Source of the DNA: a virus
Taxonomy: Duplodnaviria; Caudoviricetes
Length of the DNA stretch: 64,000 nt
Strand: one strand, 5' to 3'
IMG/VR virus record: IMGVR_UViG_3300049988_000245
Span: 128,001-192,000 of that record
Part shown: positions 1 to 8,349 of the stretch, one piece after another
Position numbering within the stretch: position 1 is the first letter of the stretch
Layout: each line of letters starts with the position of its first letter
Notes under the pieces: model-generated
What the model saw: the letters and a program-made list of their open reading frames with translations, nothing else
Databases searched by the model: none
What the model was told of the DNA's origin: nothing
Made by a program: the position numbers and the translations under genes

Positions 1-344
1 GCCTTTACGCGATTCGCCATCGCAGCCTTGTTGCCAAGGTTGGGATCGGTCTTCATCTTATCAGCGAGCTTGGCCGCCTGACCCATCATCTGCGAGGAGA
101 TGGGCTTGGAGGGCGTCTGCGTACCGGTCTGGCCGGGCTTGGCCGTGCTCGTGATGCCGGGGGCTCCGTTGGTGGAGTTCGGCTGTGTTTGACCGCCAGC
201 AGGCGTCGGAGGAACCGGAGCGACCGTATCCTCGTCAACCTCTTTGCGATCGAAGAGACGGCCAACGATGCTGGCCGAACCCTTCTTCTTCGGGGCGGAA
301 TCGCCCGCACACGCCTTGTCTGCGTGGCGGGACGTTATTTTCCC
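1..344 (-). CDS. Open frame running off the left edge; probable -1 frameshift extension of the 335-1252 protein (partial)
   Basis: No stop from 344 to 1 in this frame; codon usage looks coding (AAG/GCC/ACC/GGT); no ATG/GTG/TTG for about 80 codons; entered by slippage at GGGAAAA (344-338). Confidence 0.6.
304..344 (-). promoter_or_regulatory. Putative -1 programmed ribosomal frameshift signal (G_GGA_AAA, 6-nt spacer, GC-rich hairpin)
   Basis: Minus strand: CCG GGA AAA TAA CGT CCCGC-CACGC-AGACAAG-GCGTG-T-GCGGG. Confidence 0.65.
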
Positions 345-1252
345 GGCGCAGACTCCCGAACGATCTCGACAACATCGGAGAAGTCGATGCCAAAGTGGCG
401 AGCGATGGTCTTCGCGGCCGGGACCGGCTTGGCACCCTCGCGGATCGCACGACGGAACATCTTCAGGATACGAGCGTCGGACTCGGAGACTTCGTCCTTC
501 TTGGCGAACGGATTCTCGTCCTTGTCGCAATCCTTGTCCTCATCCTCACAATCGTCCTTCTTCTCGGACTTGTCGGCATCCTTGGGAGCGAACGGGTTCA
601 CACCCTTCTTGCCCTTGACGAACTCGCCTTCCTTGATGGCCTTGCCACGCGGAGCGGCGGATTCCTTCTTAGCGCGGCCAGCGGCGGTTGACGCGTCGGC
701 GCCGAAGGCGTCGTCCAGACCAGCGTCCGCATCAACCACACCCGCCTCAGGCGCCACAGGGGCGCCCATCTCGGGAGCGATGGCCGGAGACGCCGCGTCC
801 ATGCCGCCCATGTCGGGAGCCGGAGCCGCAGCAGCCGGGTCACCCATGGCGGACATATCGTTGCCGGGGGTCTCGCCGTTCATGATGCCTTCGAACTTGC
901 CGACCTCGGAAGAGATCGCGTCCTTGGCCTGGGAGACCGCCATAACGGTGGCGTTGATCTTCTCGGAAACGATCGACTGGAACTGCTCGGCCATCTGCGG
1001 ACCGAAGGCCGCCTTCAGGGGCTCCATGATCGGCATGATCTCATCGCCGTTCACCTTGGCAAGGTCTTCGGCAATCTTCTGGAGCTTGTCCACGATGGAC
1101 TTCGCGGCGAGGACAACCTCAGCCTTCTCAAGCTCGGACTCGATGAGGAAGGCTAGACCAGTCTTCGACTGAGCTTCCTTCAGGTTCTTAAGCTGCGCCT
1201 GAAGAGCATTCTTTCGACGCATCATCTCAGCCAGTTTGGTCTTCTTGCTCAT
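335..1252 (-). CDS. Acidic helical/low-complexity protein, putative prohead scaffold or core-like protein
   Basis: 305 aa; coiled-coil N-half, Ala/Pro/Asp linker, several I/L-x-E motifs of the type cut by T4 gp21-family proteases; function inferred. Confidence 0.5.
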   Translation of the reverse strand: MSKKTKLAEMMRRKNALQAQLKNLKEAQSKTGLAFLIESELEKAEVVLAAKSIVDKLQKIAEDLAKVNGDEIMPIMEPLKAAFGPQMAEQFQSIVSEKINATVMAVSQAKDAISSEVGKFEGIMNGETPGNDMSAMGDPAAAAPAPDMGGMDAASPAIAPEMGAPVAPEAGVVDADAGLDDAFGADASTAAGRAKKESAAPRGKAIKEGEFVKGKKGVNPFAPKDADKSEKKDDCEDEDKDCDKDENPFAKKDEVSESDARILKMFRRAIREGAKPVPAAKTIARHFGIDFSDVVEIVRESAPGK

Positions 1253-1266
1253 AATAACTCCTTGAA

Positions 1267-1533
1267 TTATTTGCGTTTACGGATGCGCTTTGGCGCGATT
1301 TCTTTAAGCAGCAGGTGGACTGCTTCACTGATCAGGACTGCTTTGGCGTAGTCGGGGTTGCGCATCGAATCGGCTTCCCCCAAAGTGGCCAAGAACACTT
1401 TTCGCTTAGACTCGTAGAGATTCCGAACATCTACCAGATGTTCAAACGTACCGAACTCCACTCGAACGCCGAATCGACTTTCAAGCAGAGTATTAATCGG
1501 TTCGATTTTCTTGAGGATGGCCCTCTCGTTCAT
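1267..1533 (-). CDS. Hypothetical protein
   Basis: 88-aa ORF with upstream TAAATA (1563-1568), collinear with neighbours. Confidence 0.6.
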   Translation of the reverse strand: MNERAILKKIEPINTLLESRFGVRVEFGTFEHLVDVRNLYESKRKVFLATLGEADSMRNPDYAKAVLISEAVHLLLKEIAPKRIRKRK

Positions 1534-1596
1534 AAGCTTCCCCGGATCATGCGATACAATGGTATTTATTAAACCGCGAGAAGCCTGGGGACGGGC

Positions 1597-1962
1597 TCAA
1601 ATATTGTACTTATCTTGGTCAGGATCGGTCATCTTAAGGAGTAGGCAGAAATTCGCCCACTCGTTCATCAGGGTTGGATTCTGAAGAATCGTCTCCTGCA
1701 TAGTTTTGTAGAAATTTGCGTACGGCTCGATGTCCATGATTCGATCTTGCAGACCACGAATGATCTGGTTGTTATCCTGGGTGATCGTCTGCACAATCCC
1801 TTCTAGAGAGACGATGTGATTGCAGAGCCGGTTGATTTTCTCTGCGTCGGAAAGCTCAACCTGCGCGATTTGCTCGTCTAACGAGCGTAGATCGCGCATC
1901 TGAATCTTTCCATCGGGGAGTCTCTTGAAGTAGTAACTCCCCTGCATTGGGTTGTCGGGCAT
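1597..1962 (-). CDS. Hypothetical coiled-coil protein
   Basis: 121-aa ORF coupled to the upstream gene at 1962. Confidence 0.6.
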   Translation of the reverse strand: MPDNPMQGSYYFKRLPDGKIQMRDLRSLDEQIAQVELSDAEKINRLCNHIVSLEGIVQTITQDNNQIIRGLQDRIMDIEPYANFYKTMQETILQNPTLMNEWANFCLLLKMTDPDQDKYNI

Positions 1963-2594
1963 CAGCGGCGGATACCCGCGAGACGCAGGATTTCTTCGTG
2001 TGCAGATGTCGCCTCGCCCTGGGCACGGTCGAAACGATCCTCGGCCACGAGAGCCCGGCGGGTCTCGCCCTTGGCGTGCAGATTCTGCGAGCGGGCCTTG
2101 TAGGAGACCGCATCGTTGCGAGCACGGGCGAAGTTTTCTTCCAGCACCATCAGGTCGCGGATCGGCTTGTCATTGATCGCCACGCCCTCGTTGAGACGAC
2201 GGACCAGACCGAGTGCCGCCTCGTACAGGTACAGCCCACGGGCGATGACAACCTCACCATCCTCAGAGCACACATCGTAGGTCTTCACCTGACCTTCGTT
2301 GACGACGATCTCCCACGCACCAATGCGGGCACCGCGCGGGGTTGGCTCCGTGATCAGGGCCTCTTCCACCTCAGCGTCACGCGGCTGGACCGACTCGTTT
2401 ACCACCGGGGCGGCGCCGTTCATGGCCAAGAGAATCTTCTTCATCGCCTCGATGCCAGGATCACCCATCAGGGCCGGGGACGGCTGCTGACCAGATTCCA
2501 TCAGATCATCGGCCTCCGCCGCCGCTATGGACTTCCCGTTCAGGGCGTTCATGATTTTCGCCATATCGTCGATGGCTTTACGATCAACACTCAT
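1962..2594 (-). CDS. Hypothetical protein
   Basis: Start moved to MSVDRK (ATG 2594, GGAGG upstream); coding-like codon usage. Confidence 0.65.
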   Translation of the reverse strand: MSVDRKAIDDMAKIMNALNGKSIAAAEADDLMESGQQPSPALMGDPGIEAMKKILLAMNGAAPVVNESVQPRDAEVEEALITEPTPRGARIGAWEIVVNEGQVKTYDVCSEDGEVVIARGLYLYEAALGLVRRLNEGVAINDKPIRDLMVLEENFARARNDAVSYKARSQNLHAKGETRRALVAEDRFDRAQGEATSAHEEILRLAGIRR

Positions 2595-2595
2595 T

Positions 2596-2823
2596 TCAAA
2601 ACCTCCAAAGATCGGCACAATCGTTTACAGTATAGAATTCACCCTCATCGTCTTGGTCGCGGTTGAGGAGTCCACGGGAAACCATCTGACGCGCAACTTC
2701 ACCGTCGCGCTCCTCCAGTTCCTCAAAACGAATACGCTTCGATTCGGTGGCCCGGTTAATCAAGGTCTGTTCTTCCTCGTTCACCGGGAGCCGCATTCCG
2801 CTGGAAATTTCATAAAAACGCAT
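2596..2823 (-). CDS. Hypothetical protein
   Basis: 75-aa ORF; AAGG SD and TAAATA (2847-2852) upstream. Confidence 0.6.
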   Translation of the reverse strand: MRFYEISSGMRLPVNEEEQTLINRATESKRIRFEELEERDGEVARQMVSRGLLNRDQDDEGEFYTVNDCADLWRF

Positions 2824-2845
2824 CGTAGTACCTTAGCTGAAATGA

Positions 2846-3316
2846 TTATTTAGAATCAGCCGCTTCTAAGGTGTCGATGTGAGCCATCATGAATTCGTAG
2901 AGGACAGCATTAAGCTCAACGTCCCGCTCACAGTAGGGAACCATCTCAGGATGAAAATTGTCGAAACCCTTATCGTACTTGATTTTCGGAAATTCGAAAA
3001 TTTCACCCCAGGTTTCTAGCCGATGATTAGGCATTTGCTTGAAGAGCTTACGGCTCAGTTCCACGGTATCGATGATCTTGGATTCGTCCAACTTGATCAA
3101 TCCATCGGTAAGATTCTCGATGACTTTTGCGTCGTACGATTTGAAGTTGTGTCCAATAATAATATCAGCTTCCGCTAGACGCATAAGCCCTTCTGGAACT
3201 TCGTCGTCCCCAACGTATGATTTGTACTCGCCGGTCTCCATATCTTTGATTCCAACAACGTAAATCTTGGTCGGTTTAAGTCCATTTGTCTCAAGATCGC
3301 CGACGAGTATACTCAT
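2846..3316 (-). CDS. Stand-alone DnaQ/PolA-type 3'-5' exonuclease
   Basis: ExoI DLETNGL, ExoII GHNFKSYD, ExoIII YCERD; start moved to MSILV. Confidence 0.8.
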   Translation of the reverse strand: MSILVGDLETNGLKPTKIYVVGIKDMETGEYKSYVGDDEVPEGLMRLAEADIIIGHNFKSYDAKVIENLTDGLIKLDESKIIDTVELSRKLFKQMPNHRLETWGEIFEFPKIKYDKGFDNFHPEMVPYCERDVELNAVLYEFMMAHIDTLEAADSK

Positions 3317-3386
3317 TTTAAACCTAAAAAAATATGATTCTATAATGGAACTCTGCCAAATAGAATAAGTCAAAGCTATATAAAAA

Positions 3387-3953
3387 TTATGGTAGACCAG
3401 CGGGTCTTAAGCTGCCTGCACGAAAATCAAAACGAACTTCGATTCTAGTCACATTATTGCGAGCGTTGTACTGAAACGCCGAAAAAACCCAGATCGTGGA
3501 TGACACCGGGGTGGGACTGACAATTCTCTGCCGGGTAGGGGATTTTTCACCCGCAATAACCAATGTATTTCTTCTGCTGTCATAGTAGAAGAGCGAGATT
3601 TCACCATTAGTTGCTGCGCTAGGCGGCCTAAAAAACTCACCATCCGCGAATACGGTATACAAAGATACAGGCGTGTCAAATACAAGGTAGTAAAGAGGGG
3701 CGACCGTGTTTTGGTCGATAGGGTAACTTGGACGTTGAATATTCAGATAGTAAAGAGAATCATCTACTTTCTGAATCTGGTATGGAATGTTTATATAGAA
3801 ATCAAAACCTTTGCCCGCAAATTCGGGATAGTTTAAGTCTGCCTCTCTCGGCTTTTCAGGAGCGTATCTTCCAAACCTTAGAGAAAAAAGTTCTTTTTTT
3901 ACGGCTTTGAATTTCACACAACCGTCAACGTTAACCAGACCTCCGATATCCAT
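3387..3953 (-). CDS. Hypothetical beta-rich protein (AT-rich gene)
   Basis: 188-aa ORF with upstream TAAATA (3978-3983). Confidence 0.55.
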   Translation of the reverse strand: MDIGGLVNVDGCVKFKAVKKELFSLRFGRYAPEKPREADLNYPEFAGKGFDFYINIPYQIQKVDDSLYYLNIQRPSYPIDQNTVAPLYYLVFDTPVSLYTVFADGEFFRPPSAATNGEISLFYYDSRRNTLVIAGEKSPTRQRIVSPTPVSSTIWVFSAFQYNARNNVTRIEVRFDFRAGSLRPAGLP

Positions 3954-4028
3954 AATTTATTCCCCATAATAAAAAAGTATTTATTTCTAGTTGCAATTCA
4001 TCTCCATGCCCATCTTGAACTGTCGCCC

Positions 4029-4056
4029 TTGCATTTCTCTCGATTGAGTGTATCTT
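4029..4056 (+). promoter_or_regulatory. Sigma70-type early promoter
   Basis: TTGCAT-N16-TATCTT ahead of the rightward operon. Confidence 0.55.
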
Positions 4057-4083
4057 ACGAGAATCAACTCATGGAGAACACCG

Positions 4084-4323
4084 ATGGCCAAGACGCTCAA
4101 GAGCTTCCTCGTTCAGCACAACGACCCGAACGCTGAGGCGATCGCCAAGCGTCTCCGCGTGTTCGCAAAGGAAGCCAAGGTTGCGTTTGCCGCCCAGGTG
4201 GTGACGGTGAATCAAGCGGAGAACCGCACTGGTCATCTGATCAGCCTGAATGCGTCCACCATGACCAGCGGGCGCAAGCTCAAGGACTTTGCGCGTAAGA
4301 TCGATTGGAAGTACCACTACTGA
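4084..4323 (+). CDS. Hypothetical protein
   Basis: GGAGA SD; start moved to MAKTLK. Confidence 0.6.
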   Translation: MAKTLKSFLVQHNDPNAEAIAKRLRVFAKEAKVAFAAQVVTVNQAENRTGHLISLNASTMTSGRKLKDFARKIDWKYHY

Positions 4324-4517
4324 TGGATCATCCGCTTTCCCATGTGAAGCTCTACTATGGGCTCAAGCTGGTTGATCAGTTTATGCGAGATGGAAATCCG
4401 TCTAAGGCGGTTGCTACGCTGACGATCATCCGGGATATGTACGGATTCGACCATGCCCAGGCGATCATCGCGTTCTGGGCTTTTCAGGAACCGATTTTGA
4501 AGAGGCCATTGCAGTGA
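4323..4517 (+). CDS. Hypothetical protein
   Basis: TGATG coupling at 4321-4325. Confidence 0.5.
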   Translation: MDHPLSHVKLYYGLKLVDQFMRDGNPSKAVATLTIIRDMYGFDHAQAIIAFWAFQEPILKRPLQ

Positions 4518-4984
4518 GAAATACACCCGAGAACAAGCGCACGATCGACGCGATCCTGTACCGGATACTCGCCGACCAAGTCCTCGAAGTGATGGAGTCG
4601 AACGACTTCGGCAAGGACCGCGATCTCTGCCTGGAGATTCTGAACCTTCACTCCGGACAGGAGTGGAAGAAGATGCAGAACTTCAAGGGCACGATCGTGC
4701 TGGAGACGTGGGGACCGAACGCGCCCGGAAACCCCGTGGGTGAGATTCCCAATTTCACCGCGTCCATGAAGGAAACTCTTGGGCTGTTCCGTAGCGGTAT
4801 CACGTCGCATTTGCGTCCGGTGATGCGGCAGTACCCGGACGAGCAGTGGTGCGTAACGTTCGACTTCGGCACGCCTATGCTGAACGCCCCCAGGGTGTAC
4901 GGGGAAGACCCGATCTCAACCCTGTTGATCTGCGGGCTTCTGTCGGCCGCATTCCTGCTCGATCCGAACAAGGCGGCGCTGTGA
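4514..4984 (+). CDS. Hypothetical protein
   Basis: 156 aa, GTGA overlap with the previous gene. Confidence 0.55.
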   Translation: MRNTPENKRTIDAILYRILADQVLEVMESNDFGKDRDLCLEILNLHSGQEWKKMQNFKGTIVLETWGPNAPGNPVGEIPNFTASMKETLGLFRSGITSHLRPVMRQYPDEQWCVTFDFGTPMLNAPRVYGEDPISTLLICGLLSAAFLLDPNKAAL

Positions 4985-5229
4985 GCGATTACGATGATCT
5001 GGAACGCCAATACCCGTTCCCGCACGTCGTCGAGATTCGCGACTTCTCTAACAAGCGTGAGGCCAAGCTCTGGTGCATCCAGCGCTTTGGAAAGAACATC
5101 CGCCTGCGTGATACGAATGACGTGATGTGGATGTCCACCACCACGATGTGGCAGAGCGCCTTGGGGGCGAGTACATACCGGTTTCGCAATCCCGATCACG
5201 CGTTCGAGTTCAAGATGAGGTGGGGATGA
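4981..5229 (+). CDS. FKxRW-family small protein (member 1)
   Basis: GTG start overlapping the previous stop; KLWCIQRFG ... YRFRNPDHAFEFKMRWG. Confidence 0.7.
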   Translation: MSDYDDLERQYPFPHVVEIRDFSNKREAKLWCIQRFGKNIRLRDTNDVMWMSTTTMWQSALGASTYRFRNPDHAFEFKMRWG

Positions 5230-5498
5230 CTCGCATCCATATCATTCAATTCCCACCAACGCATTCGTACTTCGGCAGGATGTATATTGTCGATCAGATA
5301 CTGCCTCACGTGACGCTTGAAACCAACCCTCACTCGTTGGTCGAATTTCTCGTGGACAGCCAGGATTTCAACACATGGTGCTATGACCGGCGAATTCCGA
5401 TCCATGGGAAGAAGTATGCTCATCTTCCAAATGAGTGTGAATATGTCGATCTGAGCGATGATCAGCGATTCGAATTCAAAATGCGTTGGGGTTACTGA
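5226..5498 (+). CDS. FKxRW-family small protein (member 2)
   Basis: ATGA overlap; TWCYDR ... DLSDDQRFEFKMRWGY. Confidence 0.7.
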   Translation: MTRIHIIQFPPTHSYFGRMYIVDQILPHVTLETNPHSLVEFLVDSQDFNTWCYDRRIPIHGKKYAHLPNECEYVDLSDDQRFEFKMRWGY

Positions 5499-5782
5499 TG
5501 CATCCCATTTTGTTAGCTGCGGTCCAGTTTTTTCGGTTCGACGATGGCGTAACGCCCGCGATTGTAGTGTTCGTGGGTGATCTCGCGGCGCGATGTCACA
5601 TGGAAGATGAATTCTTGAAACACTTGCCACCCCGGCATGACGCAGTGGAATTCTTTGATTGGTGTGATGAACGCGGACTGAAACCCATGCTGGAGCAAGA
5701 TGAGCCGGATGAAAACCTCTGGACGGTCAAAATTCCTGACCCGACGATTCGGTTCGAATTCCGTATGCGCTGGGGCAACTGA
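5498..5782 (+). CDS. FKxRW-family small protein (member 3)
   Basis: TGATG overlap; DWCDERG ... IPDPTIRFEFRMRWGN. Confidence 0.7.
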   Translation: MHPILLAAVQFFRFDDGVTPAIVVFVGDLAARCHMEDEFLKHLPPRHDAVEFFDWCDERGLKPMLEQDEPDENLWTVKIPDPTIRFEFRMRWGN

Positions 5783-6114
5783 TGGCAACGTTCTTCGACA
5801 TCGACGACCCGATCATCCGGAGGCTCAATTTCAAGCAAATTGGGGACGATTTCGCTGGTCTGTACCGGGTCGCACCGAGGTGGGACCCCCTGGTGGAGCA
5901 TACGATTAACCCTCAGGAGGATTATGCGCCTGACTTTCAGGAAATGATCGACTTTGTCCAGTCGGATGCTTTGCTCGGACAGATGTATGTGGAATACTAC
6001 GACCCGTTCAAGATGGCTGCTTCCAATGGTGGACGAATCGTCCGCTACCACAGCATCAATTTCTATTTTACCGACTCGGCTACGGCGTTCGCATTTAAGA
6101 TGAGGTTCGGCTGA
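5782..6114 (+). CDS. FKxRW-family small protein (member 4)
   Basis: TGATG overlap; ends FYFTDSATAFAFKMRFG. Confidence 0.7.
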   Translation: MATFFDIDDPIIRRLNFKQIGDDFAGLYRVAPRWDPLVEHTINPQEDYAPDFQEMIDFVQSDALLGQMYVEYYDPFKMAASNGGRIVRYHSINFYFTDSATAFAFKMRFG

Positions 6115-6338
6115 TGGCCAAGCAGGCGGTATATTCGAGTTCCGAGTGGAAACAACCGGCGCGTATGCCCCATGGGGTAAGGATAAAAGTGGATTCTCAT
6201 CCCTGGTCTGAGATCAAAGGGTGGCTTAGAGACCGCAGTCATATTGGGGTGTTCCGGTTCGACGAAGGTGCGTTTCACAACGTATTCTGGTTTTCGAACG
6301 AGAACACGGCGTTCGAGTTCAAGGTACGATTTGGATGA
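6114..6338 (+). CDS. FKxRW-family small protein (member 5)
   Basis: TGATG overlap; KGWLRDR ... WFSNENTAFEFKVRFG. Confidence 0.7.
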   Translation: MAKQAVYSSSEWKQPARMPHGVRIKVDSHPWSEIKGWLRDRSHIGVFRFDEGAFHNVFWFSNENTAFEFKVRFG

Positions 6339-6955
6339 AAATTTTCTTCAAACCGGAAGATCGCTCGTACTTGTATTATGCGAACGCCCGTGGTCGCGAC
6401 ATCTGCGCGAAGCTAAACTTCATGGGGCGGCTGGTCCTGCGTGCGGAGGGATGGCGGGTCGAGCCGAACAGCATCTTCCATCCTGATGGTTCTTATCGAT
6501 TTTTCGAGAACGGTTTTCTTGGAAATGGTGCCGGAGAGGGCGTACCGTTCATCGACGATCTGCGGATGGCCAAGCGTCAGGCGAGGGAGATGTTCCGAAG
6601 GATCGAGCGGCGGACCTACCGGAACGCTTTCCGCATGTGCCGGTCAGATATCTTCCGTGAGCGGATGTCTGGCCTTACAAGTGAGAAGAAGGTCCGCCGC
6701 TGGAGTCAGAACGGAGAACTTCGACACGCTCCGAAGGCGCTGCGGTATCCGATGTTCATTGGGGATGACTTCGATTCCCTCCCCGAGGGGATGGAGGAGT
6801 GGCTGAACACGCGCGACTGCACTCTTCCTACGTTGGAAGGGACCTGCTTCACCACCAAGCGGATGACCCGCTCGATTACCCACCGGGTGCATGACGTGAT
6901 GATCGACTTTCCCGATCGAGAGACGGCGTTCGAGTTCAAAATGAGGTGGCTTTGA
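6335..6955 (+). CDS. FKxRW-family protein with long N-terminal extension (member 6)
   Basis: ATGA overlap; EEWLNTR ... DFPDRETAFEFKMRWL. Confidence 0.7.
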   Translation: MKIFFKPEDRSYLYYANARGRDICAKLNFMGRLVLRAEGWRVEPNSIFHPDGSYRFFENGFLGNGAGEGVPFIDDLRMAKRQAREMFRRIERRTYRNAFRMCRSDIFRERMSGLTSEKKVRRWSQNGELRHAPKALRYPMFIGDDFDSLPEGMEEWLNTRDCTLPTLEGTCFTTKRMTRSITHRVHDVMIDFPDRETAFEFKMRWL

Positions 6956-7041
6956 TGTTGCGCAAGCTGTTCGGACGCAATGACGGCATGGGGATTACCA
7001 TCTGTCTGAAGGCGATTGATGCGATCAGGATTTCCGTATGA
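6955..7041 (+). CDS. 28-aa bridging mini-ORF (MLRKLFGRNDGMGITICLKAIDAIRISV)
   Basis: Starts in the TGATG of member 6 and stops in the ATGA of member 7. Confidence 0.45.
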   Translation: MLRKLFGRNDGMGITICLKAIDAIRISV

Positions 7042-7406
7042 AAATATCTGCGCTTGCTGTAATCGCTTGTGTCGTAACCGGTTCTCTCGTGCTCGGAGTG
7101 TACTGGCTTGCCTTGGCATACCAAAATCGAGTCAACAAAATAAAATATCTGGAGTATACTAGGGAATTAAGAAACGCGATAAAGAATCCACATTATAGGA
7201 TTGTATGGGACTTTAGAAATAAAACATCAATTAATCAATGTATAAATTGGAACGTTAACGAACAAAAAATTGACCTTAGCCAAGAAGTTATCAGTTGGCT
7301 TGATGAAAACTGTCCAGAAGTACGGGTTATGCAGGACGATTACGATCTCCTAATAATTTTTACGAACGAAGAGGACAAATTCCATTTTAAGATGAGATGG
7401 ATGTGA
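7038..7406 (+). CDS. FKxRW-family protein with N-terminal membrane anchor (member 7, AT-rich gene)
   Basis: Hydrophobic N-terminus; SWLDENCP ... IFTNEEDKFHFKMRWM. Confidence 0.7.
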   Translation: MKISALAVIACVVTGSLVLGVYWLALAYQNRVNKIKYLEYTRELRNAIKNPHYRIVWDFRNKTSINQCINWNVNEQKIDLSQEVISWLDENCPEVRVMQDDYDLLIIFTNEEDKFHFKMRWM

Positions 7407-7762
7407 TGGACCTGCAATTCTGGATCGGATTCTGGATAATATGGGGGAGTTGGATTCCGGCGATCTTTGCAATCCTCTCCGACTTGGATGGGGATCGGGT
7501 ACGACGTGAGCGCAAGGCGATTCTGCGCGGGCCATCCTTGTGCATCGAAGGAAAGCCCTTGATACAGGAGTTTCCGGAGATTCAGAAGCTGGAGCGCTCT
7601 GCCAGACCCGTCAGATCGGGTGGGGCGCTGTACGCCGAGGTGTGCGAATGGTGCGATAAATTCCTCAAGAGCCCTCCCCGGTACTATCGGGACAATCGGC
7701 GCCCCTACGCGGTGTTCCGTTATCCGGACGACGCGTTCCAGTTCAAGCTGCGGTGGCTATGA
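7406..7762 (+). CDS. FKxRW-family protein with N-terminal membrane anchor (member 8)
   Basis: FWIGFWIIWGSWIPAIFAIL; EWCDKF ... FRYPDDAFQFKLRWL. Confidence 0.7.
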   Translation: MDLQFWIGFWIIWGSWIPAIFAILSDLDGDRVRRERKAILRGPSLCIEGKPLIQEFPEIQKLERSARPVRSGGALYAEVCEWCDKFLKSPPRYYRDNRRPYAVFRYPDDAFQFKLRWL

Positions 7763-8154
7763 TGCTAGTGGGGATTCTGACAGGAGTGATCCTCTCGGTT
7801 GGATTTATCGGCGGGGCTATCGGTCTGAAGAAGTATCGCGCAAGGATGCAGGAGTTCGATCGAAGAATCCGGGAGTATGATCTCCTCCTGCTCCGAGCGA
7901 AGCCGAATTTCATCTTTTCCCTGGGCAATATTTCAGACACGCGCGGTACCCATATATCTTCGCCAGCTTCCCAATACGAATGGATTCGCTATGACCTGCG
8001 GCATGGTCTGTTCGAGGTTCATCCTGACGTGATCAAGTGGTGCGACGAACTTGCACCCGGATATGTGGTGGAGAATGACGAGCAATCTGGTGAGATGATC
8101 CTCGCCTTTGCCAACGAGAACGACAGGTTTCATTTTAAGATGAGGTGGTTGTGA
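7759..8154 (+). CDS. FKxRW-family protein with N-terminal membrane anchor (member 9)
   Basis: LVGILTGVILSVGFIGGAIGL; KWCDELAP ... FANENDRFHFKMRWL. Confidence 0.7.
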   Translation: MMLVGILTGVILSVGFIGGAIGLKKYRARMQEFDRRIREYDLLLLRAKPNFIFSLGNISDTRGTHISSPASQYEWIRYDLRHGLFEVHPDVIKWCDELAPGYVVENDEQSGEMILAFANENDRFHFKMRWL

Positions 8155-8348
8155 TGCCAATATTCTTCGTACCCCCGCAGCATCGCACATGCCCGGATTG
8201 TGATGTCCTTGTTCCGATAGCTATTTCGGTTGCAGTCGTAGTTTTTACGATAGTCTTTCTCTGTGCCGCTGTATTCCTGATCGGATTCGTAGAAAGGCGA
8301 ATTTGTAAGAAGCCAATCAGTAATCGGATCATAGAGAAACCAAAATGA
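8154..8348 (+). CDS. Small membrane protein with CxxC
   Basis: TGATG overlap; CPDC followed by a long hydrophobic stretch. Confidence 0.5.
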   Translation: MPIFFVPPQHRTCPDCDVLVPIAISVAVVVFTIVFLCAAVFLIGFVERRICKKPISNRIIEKPK

Positions 8349-8349
8349 T

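Noticed and set aside
4981-8154. FKxRW repeats as a CRISPR array or integron attC cassette array
   Set aside because: Repeats are degenerate, in frame and vary at synonymous positions; spacing is irregular (about 220-620 nt); no palindromic attC structure, cas gene or integrase in the window
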